From contig OZ024743.1 in the NCBI GenBank assembly GCA_964016885.1, positions 239,010,001-239,074,000 on the forward strand: a stretch of DNA of 64,000 nt, given 5' to 3'. This document shows positions 53,150 to 64,000 of the stretch, piece by piece. Numbering within the stretch: position 1 is the stretch's first letter; every line of letters starts with the position of its first letter. This DNA comes from Eledone cirrhosa. Taxonomy: Eukaryota. Made by a program: the position numbers and the translations under genes. The notes under the pieces were generated by a model that was not told the origin of the DNA, did no database searches, and saw only the letters and a program-made list of their open reading frames with translations.

Positions 53150-54400
53150 AACCTAATGCATCATGGTACTTTGCAAACTGGTTACGGAAAACTGACCGTC
53201 ATTCCTTACAAAAGAAAGACGACTGGATAACGCAGTGAACTCATCTGAGAAGAGGGATACTTCATACACCCGATAGCAAATATTGATGTAACTCCACAAG
53301 TTAGTAATGTTCGCACACTAAACGACTGACTGTAGAGTTTATTTAAACTTGTTCCACGATTGCACTAACAAGCGAAGGACTTGAGAGTGCTCCAAACAAG
53401 ACTACTCTGATTGTCTTCGTCTGCGTCCAAAATTATTTAAATGCCATGGTTTTTCATACCCATCAATAATCTTGTATATAATACTAGTGTGAACATTCCA
53501 ACGATCAAAAGAGCTAAGTTGTTAAACTGCAGGTAAAAACTGGCTACATTCTCGATGCTGTCCACTTAACCACGACTGCAGCTAAAGTAAGGGACCAGCT
53601 GTAGAACGACATCTCACACAAACAATTTTCAGATTTGTTCATCGCTGTCTTCACCCAGGAATCGCTGCAAGTTTATAGTTAAAGTGCACACCTTTCTCTC
53701 AACATCCACTGCATCTTAAGTCTCCGCTGATTTAGTTGTTACGAGAAAATAAATCTCCTGAAGAACGGATCCGTTCTTTGTACAAGATAGAAAGAAAGAC
53801 GTGTTCTAATTTAGTTAGATATTCCCTGGGACAAAGAAGAAGGCTCAACCTCTACTACACCACCAAAGTATCAAATGCGTTACCACCCCTCCCTCTCCGT
53901 TCGACAAGTTTTGTGACCTTTTTCTTTTAGCCATTACTGAGAGAGTCAGACCACCTTAGTTATAATTATTTCTCAGTTTTTCTCCTTCAAGAAGGCCGTT
54001 TCGGAACAAATCCTGAGCATTTAAATTAGATTTTTGATCCATTGATAGAGACTGCCGTAATGCAAAGATTTAAATATCTATGTGTTAAATTACAGGCCCA
54101 CCAAAATTCTGTATGCTTACGTTATCATCGAACTCTTCCAGTATAACAGGACGTCCATTACCGTGACCGCACCCACATATGCTGACACGACCCTCTGTGT
54201 CACGCTTACTCAATACATTCAGCCTTCTGGCTGTGAAGTGAACGGCAACATGCAGAGAAAAGATGCAGAGTTCATCCTTGATGAGCCGAGCCATTGATGC
54301 AATACGCTTCGATCTCATAGTAACGCGTAGTACATTGTTAGTAATCTGTAGTAACGCTCCCTCTGAAATCGGGATCAAGACCGACTGTACTAAGGAGGGT
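53150..54400 (-). pseudogene. Possible decayed hAT (Charlie/SPIN-like) transposase
   Basis: RSKRIASMARLIKDEL..DTEGRVSICGCG..ILEEF resembles the RRI..MA..I..QL / D..QL.IFIR / EE segment of Charlie-type transposases. Judged by eye only. Confidence 0.35.
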
Positions 54401-55335
54401 CATTGGAGAGGGAATGCCGATCCTATTGAAGGTTTTAGATCGATTTAAATTTATCAGTGCCCCATTGAAGATACTAGGTAACAGTGGCACTAAAAATTTT
54501 AAACCCTCTATTTTCCTGGGAATGTCTTAAAACAATTATAATCATAAAAACTCTACCTTTTTTTCGCGGAAACTTAGGAAACTGTGTGTAAAATTATGGA
54601 GCGTCAGTGTTTATGATCAGAGAAGCACCGAGCTGATGATGATGAGAATGATAATAATAATAGTAATAATAATAATGATAATGATAATAATAATAATAAT
54701 AGGCTAACATTATGATAAGTCTGGTGATTGCTTCTATAACTTATTGATGAGTATGTAAAGAAGTTTTAGCAAAATGGGAAAAGAAAAGAATTCAATTAAT
54801 TTTCTCAAGAAAAGGCTTTTGCTTAAATGATTCAAGAGAAAAACCTTTCACTAACGGTATCTTAACTTCAGTGGCTTTCTTAGCAATATATATTCTTGTG
54901 GTATGTGGGCATCTGTGTGTGGGCGCCGGTATGTGTATGTGGGTGAGTGTATGTTTGCCTGTGTGTGCGTGAGTTTGTGTCTTCAGATATGTTCTTATTG
55001 GTTGGTTGTTTTATAATGTTTGTGTTTTTTTTTGTTTGTTGATTAGTTGATTGGTTGTTGTTGTTGTTTTGTATTTGTGTGTGTGTGTATGTAGTGGGGT
55101 GGGGGGCTTGTTTTGTTTTCCTGTTTGTTGTTATACTCTTTGTTTGTTTACTGCACCCTCAGATCAGATGTAGCGTAGTGTCGTGTGTGGTGTATTGACA
55201 ATGGGGTGGCGTTAGGGTGGAGGCCGTACGAGGTCAGATATGAGGAAAAAGTACGATAAGAAAGAAAAAAAATGAGGAAACTGCCAAAAATAACAGCGGA
55301 AATATAAAACAACATCAACATCAACAACAACAAAT

Positions 55336-55402
<67 letters not shown>

Positions 55403-55818
55403 AATAATATCAATAATAATAAATACTGGAAAAATGCAGGGGTGGAAAAGGGTAAAGAAAGAGGCGTGTGAGGTTAAAAAATAAAGAGATGGGTTAAACG
55501 TAATCGAAAATAAACAAACATGAGTCTTTTGAGGTGACTAAAGCATACGGGAAATTTCAATGACAAAGTGAGAGATAGAGAGAAGGGGTAGGGTGAAGGA
55601 GGAGGAAAGGAGTCAAGAGATAGAGGGTGAAGGGAGAGGTGTTCGGTAATTGGTTAAGTTTAAAGAAAGTAATGATTCCGTAATATTTCGATTTCCCATG
55701 GGTGAGATTATATCTACCTTTCACACTGGCACGCGTAATGTGGGAATATTTATATACACACATGCATATATGCTGATATTTACAAATATACTTATATACA
55801 TGTATGCATATATACATG

Positions 55819-55924
<106 letters not shown>

Positions 55925-55987
55925 TATACATATATATATTGTTATGCTTTGGGAGGGTCATGTGGCCAATAAATATATTCAAAAACG

Positions 55988-56054
<67 letters not shown>

Positions 56055-56243
56055 TATGTACACGTAGATACATATATGTATACAGACGTACAGTAGTATG
56101 TATATATATATACATACATGCACACATATATATACACACCGAACATTTATTATAATGCTCGTTGTGTTTGTAAACAAACATCCCGTATTAAGCCGTAGTG
56201 TCCAGCAACCATCGTTGCTCGTTTGTTCAACACTGACAAAGGA

Positions 56244-56286
56244 ACGCTGTACTAGTTTCAAGCTTATTAGCTATCGTCAGCAACGT
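56244..56286 (-). ncRNA. Minimal type I hammerhead ribozyme
   Basis: Identical motif to 1993-2035. Confidence 0.85.
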
Positions 56287-56669
56287 ATACCTTCCTGCCA
56301 GTTTGTTGAACGTATATACTTACCTTATGCATATTAACGGCTGAGTAGCCCAATTTGCATATCGAGTGGGTTAATCGGCATTATAATAAATGTTCGGTGA
56401 ATCCATACGTACATATATATATGTGTGCATGTATGTATATATATATACATACTACTGTACGTCTGTATACATATATGTATGTACGTGTACATACTTATAT
56501 TTAAGAAGCAGCCGTACTAAGAGTGGGAAATGAAATTTCGTTTCATTTTTTCCGTTTATCGTTTTCGGTGCACCCGGCCGATTAACCCACTCGATATGCA
56601 AATTGGGCTACTCAGCTGTTTATATGCATAAGGTAAGTATATACGTTCAACAATCTGGCAGGAAGGTAT

Positions 56670-56712
56670 ACGTTGCTGACGATAGCTAATAAGCTTGAAA
56701 CTAGTACAGCGT
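56670..56712 (+). ncRNA. Minimal type I hammerhead ribozyme
   Basis: acgttg CTGACGA tagctaataagctt GAAA ctag TA cagcgt. Confidence 0.85.
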
Positions 56713-56984
56713 TCCTTTGTCAGTGCTGAACAAACGAGCAACGATGGTTGCTGGACACTACGGCTTAATACGGGATGTTTGTTTACAAACACACCGAGCA
56801 TTATAATAAATGTTCGGTGAATCCATACGTACATATATATATATATATATATATGTGCATATATGTATATATATATACATACTACTGTACGTCTGTATAC
56901 ATATATGTATGTACGTGTACATACTTATATTTAAGTAACAGCCGTACTAAGAGTGGGAAATGAAATTTCGTTTCATTTTTTCCG

Positions 56985-57119
<135 letters not shown>

Positions 57120-57172
57120 AGTGTGTGTGTATATATATATATATACACACACATATATATATATATGTATGT

Positions 57173-57232
<60 letters not shown>

Positions 57233-57509
57233 ATACATATATACATATATATCTGTATATATGCGGTCGACTATTGCGCTGTACTTAATATTGCGTTGCA
57301 TATTTGAACATGTGTGTATAACTATATGTTATATGTTGGTATATAGCTTGTGAGTGGCCACCAGGGCCAATAATGTGTGTTTATGGTATTGTCATTATAG
57401 AGAAACTGGGATTATCCTACAGTGTGAAGACTAGGTTGTATAATCGATTCAGATTGATACATTTCACCTTCTATCTACAATTTTCATTTGCAATCCATGA
57501 ATTTCAGGG

Positions 57510-57572
<63 letters not shown>

Positions 57573-57664
57573 AAGAGAGAGAGAGGGAGGGAGAAAATGT
57601 ACACCTCTGTGACGCTTACCTTAAGCTAACCCTAAACAACGAAGTTTAATTAAGCTATGACTAT

Positions 57665-58060
57665 ACAAAGGAGTTGATTGAAGGAACATTGGAAATTTGA
57701 AATGTTTACGTCCCAACGCAAATGAACATAATAATAGTTGATCACAAGAAGCACTAGATTTCACAACAACTATATGTAGTCAACGACTATTATTATGGAC
57801 ATTTTATGGCATGGGTGCTGGATTGGCAGTATCGGTAGATGGTCGGACACCATGCTTTGAAGCATAGAGTTACCTCCCTTTATGATCTGAGTTCAAATCT
57901 CGCCGAGGTTAATTTTGCCTTTCATCTTTACAGGGTTGATAAAATAAAGTACCAGTAATACACTGGGTTAATTGCTGGCCTTGTGCCAAAAGTAGAAACA
58001 ATTATTATGGACATTTTTGTTGGGACGTAAACATGAAATTTTTCCTATTGATTCTTAAGC
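57665..58060. repeat. Old fold-back interrupted by a SINE
   Basis: atgtttacgtcccaac..aatgaacataataatagttg mirrored by cgactattattatggacatt..gttgggacgtaaacat. Confidence 0.7.
57806..58000 (+). mobile_element. SINE family A with 17 bp TSD attattatggacatttt
   Basis: Direct repeats at 57789-57805 and 58001-58017. Confidence 0.92.
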
Positions 58061-58284
58061 CAACGCTTTGTTTTATCCGTCATCTTTGGAATGTGACCAG
58101 TTAGTCAGAATCTAATTCTTTTGGTTGTACATAGGTGACAGTGATTGCCGTCAGTGATATTACCACTTCTGCACTTAGGTTATCAAATAAATTAAATGGT
58201 ATATATATATAAATATAAGAAAACTGGGGGTTTTTTAATAAAAAAAAAAGAAAAAAAAGAATAAAACGAGCTGTCCTACATGCG

Positions 58285-58655
58285 CCAGTTCGTGTTCCAA
58301 AGTTCTTATTGTATTTGCTTTAGACAAACCATCCTTTTCTTGACCTATATTACATGGCCATTCTTGTGACTGACCAACCATTAAAATTTCAAATACAATC
58401 AAGAACCTTCAAACACGAACTTTGATGTACTTATTCACGTGACAGCCATCAACCAACCAGATTACACTTAAAAAAACTCAAAGAATTTGAGCCACATTTT
58501 TTAGGGCAAATACAAAAAGAAATTTGGAACACGAAATTTATTGCACTTATTCACGTGACAGTCATCAACCAACCAAATTACTTTAACACCCCTCACCCAG
58601 CAATTCGAGTCACTATTTCCGCATTAAACATAAAGAACTTTTGAACACGAACCAG
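58285..58655. mobile_element. MITE-like element with internal ~117 bp repeats
   Basis: Inverted ends gttcgtgttccaaagttctt / aagaacttttgaacacgaac; internal repeat aacacgaa..acttattcacgtgacag.catcaaccaacca twice. Confidence 0.55.
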
Positions 58656-58794
58656 ATGCGAGACAAACCACAAACCCTCCATCTCAATTTTACTTTTGAA
58701 AAGCACAAGAACTGCGAAACCGGTAACGGAACCAAATCAATATTCTTAAAAAGACTCCAGCTGCATTTTCGATTTCTTTTCCTTATATATATGT

Positions 58795-59365
58795 CTGAAA
58801 AAAAGGAAAAGAATGACTTCACTTGTAGTTCTAAATAATTTGATTTTATAATATTATAATATTATGAGATAGTAGATCTAGTAAGTTCTTTGTTAAATTC
58901 GGTGGGAAGAATTTTAAAGATTCCTGGTTAACTTTTTTGGAGAACATTCTCGCATTCATCGGCGGCGTTCAGATGGACAATCGCCACCGAAGAATGCGAG
59001 AAAGTTCTCCAAGAAAGTTAACCAGGAATCTTTAAAATTCTTTCCAGCGAAGTTAACAAAGAACCTATCAGATCTATCAACTCATAAAATTATAATATTA
59101 TAAAAAGGGCGATGGGTTGGCAGCATTGGTAGAAGGTCGGACGCCATGCTTTGACGCATTGAGTTACGGCCCTTGCCATTCTGAGTTCAAATCCCGCCGA
59201 GGTTAACTTTGCCTTTCATCCTTACGTGGTCGATAAAATAAAGTACCAGTAATACACTGGGGTAATAGCTGGCCTTGTGCGAAAAGTAGAAACAATTATA
59301 ATATTATAAAATTAAATCAAATTATTTAGAACTATATATGAAGTCATTTTTTTCCTTTTTTCAAA
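58795..59365. repeat. Fold-back (58795-58966 / 58982-59365), right arm interrupted by a SINE
   Basis: Mirror sequences with a short loop; ccgaaga/ccgatga next to the centre. Confidence 0.85.
59106..59293 (+). mobile_element. SINE family A with 18 bp TSD aattataatattataaaa
   Basis: Direct repeats at 59088-59105 and 59294-59311. Confidence 0.92.
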
Positions 59366-59424
59366 TATACCTAACTGTACCAAGGATCTCACACATTATA
59401 TATATCTAAAGTCTAAAGACTGTC

Positions 59425-59685
59425 TTAAGCCAGAAGGCTCATTTGGCCGGTGCTTATCCCGGTTTCATGGCGCGAAGCGACTGCGAGTACAAGACTTCCC
59501 CCCTGGACAGGACGCCAGTCCATCGCAGGGTTAAACCTCCAGCTATTGCTGGTACTCATTATCAGGTGATTATAATGGAGCAACGTGAAATGAAGTGTTT
59601 TGCTCAAGAACACAACACGCAACCCAGGAATCGAGCCCACGACATTATGATCGTAGGTCCAACACCCTTACCACTAGGCCACTTA
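59425..59685 (-). mobile_element. tRNA-like SINE family B variant
   Basis: Reverse complement carries gtggcctagtggtaaggg (A box), ggctcgattcc (B box) and gtgttcttgagcaaaacacttcatttcacgttgctcc. Confidence 0.85.
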
Positions 59686-59696
59686 CCTCTACCCTC

Positions 59697-59732
<36 letters not shown>

Positions 59733-59859
59733 TAGAACACTGGAAGTTAGTATCCGTAGTGGTAGAGCACTCAGTCCATGGGACGAGTTAGGTAGAAGTC
59801 ATTACACAACATTTAGTACACCATACCGAGAACAATTGTCATAAATACCGCTCCATCTT

Positions 59860-60363
59860 TAACCGACACAAAGAACATGAAGGCCCACATCACCAACATC
59901 CCTAAGAGCAACACCCCACCAGGGTGCTCTTTCCGCGAACCCGAAGCTTGTCCCCTTCAACAGCAATGCAACACACCTGCTGTAATTTATGAAGCTGTGG
60001 TCACTTCCAATCGACCAAATCAACCACAGGAGGTCAAATCCTATGAGGGTATGGCGGAGGGCCGATTTAAGGAACGCTTCCTGAACCACCAGTCGACATT
60101 TAGGTACCCTGGATAGACGTTCATTTACGAAACTCGCGAGCCATGTATGGTCCCCCAAGGACTCAAGTATAGACTACTCCATTCAATGGAAAGCCATAAC
60201 TAGGGCCAAGCCATACGCAAGGGGAAATCCGTCGTGTGGACTATGTATTGATGAACAAATAAATATTCTAAAGAGATTATGCAATAGTGATTGCCTCAAC
60301 ACGAGAAATGAATTCTTCACGCGTTGTCCACACGTCTCGTAATACCTCTTACATAACTACTAA
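59860..60363 (+). pseudogene. PLE GIY-YIG endonuclease remnant
   Basis: CPLQQQCNTPAVIYEAVV..SYEGMAEGRFKERFLNHQSTF; after a frameshift TKLASHVW..IQWK..AKPY..CGLCIDE..LNTRNEFFTRCPH. Confidence 0.92.
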
Positions 60364-60544
60364 CCTCCGGATTGAATCACAATAACATCCTAATTTTCTT
60401 ATCAACTAGAAACTTTTCGGACTTTCGCAGTTATCTCCCTTACACCTCTCGCACGCTTTTTAGTATTGCCTGTGTGAAGTGACGGTTTCTGCGCATGCGC
60501 GTTCGTACGGTTGTCCTTCCTGTCCCGTATAACCATGTCCCTTA

Positions 60545-60582
60545 CGAGCTGAGGATCTGCTAAGGTGAAACAATTGTTCTCG
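60545..60582 (+). ncRNA. Minimal type I hammerhead ribozyme in PLE pLTR
   Basis: cgag CTGAGGA tctgctaaggt GAAA caattg TT ctcg. Palindromic ACAAUUGU stem III, weak stem II. Confidence 0.75.
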
Positions 60583-60607
60583 GTATGGTGAACTAACTGT
60601 TGTGTAA

Positions 60608-61589
<982 letters not shown>

Positions 61590-61774
61590 ATGTATGGATT
61601 CTTCCATATATATATATATATATGGATTCTTCCATAACTCGTTGAGTAACCTCTCACCGTACGTCAACTCTATCTAGTGTAGTAATTAACCATCAGTGCA
61701 TTCAGGATAACCCTCAGTATTTCTTGCATAGCCTAATATATATATATATATATGGTTTCTGAGTAAGGCACAAG

Positions 61775-61885
61775 GGGGAAGTCGATCAAATTGACCCCAG
61801 TGCGTTAGGGTGTTTTATTTTATCGATCCGGTAAGGATGAATGGCAAAGTTAACCTTGGAAGGATTCGAACTCAGAACGTAAACG
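61775..61885 (-). mobile_element. SINE family A fragment
   Basis: ttttatcgatccggtaaggatgaatggcaaagttaacc..gattcgaactcag. Confidence 0.75.
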
Positions 61886-63688
61886 GCTGTAACAATATTC
61901 CACAAAACATTGTGTCTGCTTGGGAAGAGACGTTCTATTCCATCCGTAATATTCAAATGTGTTGACATGGTATTTGCTTTAAAGTTGATTATATTGCGTA
62001 TTAAGGTGTCTTTCCTGTTTGTTTTCATTGTGGTGTTTAATAGAAATATGCTGTACCAGTATATTACTATCAAACATTTTCGTATTTCTATATATTTTGC
62101 ATTTTTGCTTTTGTGAGTTTTCACGTTTATATTTATGGAAATGTTAAAATATTATTTATAAATGTTCGGGAGATGTAGAAATGAAAATTATATATTACAT
62201 TTTTTATATGTTTAATTGTTCATTTTGAATATTCCTGGTCCGTATGCGTAGATATAATACCAACACTGTCCATATTGACCGAATCATTGTTTATCTAGAA
62301 CATACAAGTAATATGCTGGATTGTATTTAATAGACTTTCTTCTAGTACTCACCGAATCTATTATTGTTATGTAAGTTTCAGGGTAGTATACACATAATCC
62401 ATTTTAATACCAAATATATATTATACTATATTTCTTAAGTTGCCGTTGATATATAGGTTTATGGCCTACACCTCACAACCATGTATTCTGGCGTCACATA
62501 AAAATGCCGAATTTAATGTGTCTACCCGTTACGATTCCCATAACACATATCTAAATTAGCTTTTCGCGGGATTGCTGAGCAGGATTGTTGAGCATATTTA
62601 TAAAACGGGTTATTTTGAAGATAAGTGTTACCGGCTACAGACACTACCAACGAATGTCTGGTGAACGAAAGGGACCGTTGATCTATCACCTCATCAGTCT
62701 GAACTCTCACAACAATGAAGAAAAAGCGATAAACATATTGGATGAAAGAAAATAGCAGGAATATTTTTTAATGACAATATAGTGTAATCAATGACGTAGG
62801 AACGAATGCAAGAAGCTGGTGAAAAGAAAAAAGAAAGAAAGGAAATCATATTATAAATTACTTGCGCAAAAGTGATCACAATATGAAAGAAATATGTAAC
62901 ATATTAGCAGTGATGGTCAAATATTCAGACGAATATATTCAAGATAATAAACAGGGATACCGGAACTATGTATGACAGAAGTATGAAGAACATTCTCTGG
63001 GCATTCTGATCATAGTATGGAAGAAACGATTTATCAAAGAAACCTGGCCAAATTTAAAAGAATAAAATAAGATGTACAATATTAAGTAAAACAAAACTAG
63101 CGATAGATGACGTAAATCAGCAGAGGACCTTGGTCAAAGTATGACAAGAGATCTAAAAAGAAATGTTTGAAAATATCGTATAAATGAGAATAGCAAAAGA
63201 GTTTGTTCATAGTAAAACGGAAAAAAAATGAGTAAAATTAACGTAAGAAGCTAGTCAAAGGATGTTAAGACAGCAATTCCAAACAGATTTATCATTTAGC
63301 CGATGAATTATTAACAACTTTTGGCTGAAAGCAATTACGAAGAAGACTCACTTAACAAAGACCCAGTTCATTGTTTTTAAACCCCTCTACCCTTTCCTAC
63401 CTCACATCTCAAACTAATTTACCCTCTCATTTGCTTTCTAATTCTCTCATTCACACTCATTCTTTTATTCTGATTGTCTCCTAGTTTAACTTTTATATTC
63501 CCTAACTTTAATTTCTTCTTTTTCAGTTATTCTCTCCTTAAATGTCTCTATTTCTTTCTCTTTGCCATTCTGTCTCTTTCTATCCCTCTCTCACTAACAG
63601 ACACATACAAAAATACATATAACCGAAATCACATACACATTTACTCACACACTTCCTGTTACAGCATTTTTTATAGATCGTTCATTTT

Positions 63689-63799
<111 letters not shown>

Positions 63800-64000
63800 A
63801 TTTCCTCCATGCTTCGCCTCTGGAATCATTCCTCACTGATTCGTAGCTTTACGATTTTCACAACACAACAAAATCAAACATTTTGCTTGTTTTTCAAGAG
63901 AAACAAAGGAAAAACGAAACGTTCATGATCATCGTCAATAAATTCTAATAAAACAATAACGACATAGAAAACTTTTTCTATGATCGCCACTAGAGCGACG

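Larger units (their letters stand above)
59802..60607 (+). mobile_element. Penelope-like element 3' remnant with 38 bp inverted terminal copy
   Basis: 59802-59839 is the reverse complement of 60570-60607; GIY-YIG remnant; HHR in the pLTR. Confidence 0.9.

Noticed and set aside
58285-58655. CRISPR-like regularly spaced repeats
   Set aside because: Only two or three degenerate copies, eukaryotic context, no cas genes.
62636-62702. Minus-strand CTGATGA-ggtga..tcacc hammerhead candidate
   Set aside because: Followed by agac rather than GAAA, with no valid UH site.

Overview
AT-rich, microsatellite-dense animal genomic DNA; the SINE/LINE repertoire and repeat style suggest a cephalopod such as Octopus (inference). 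No host protein-coding gene, rRNA, tRNA gene or CRISPR array can be supported, and most ORF-track entries are translations of simple repeats. The window is mostly mobile DNA. It holds two full-length decayed Tx1/L1-type LINEs plus a third 3' end, all abutting (TATC)n/(GATA)n tracts; a CRE-like RLE non-LTR element and two remnants; an RTE fragment; Penelope-like element (PLE) remnants with GIY-YIG domains; two tRNA-like SINE families; non-autonomous Helitrons; and MITEs. The main unannotated signal is non-coding: about ten type I hammerhead ribozyme (HHR) motifs from several unrelated repeat families. They lie in tandem or fold-back (palindromic) structures beside (TA)n tracts, and many fold-back junctions map onto the ribozyme itself. 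Coordinates were read by eye and may be off by a few bases.
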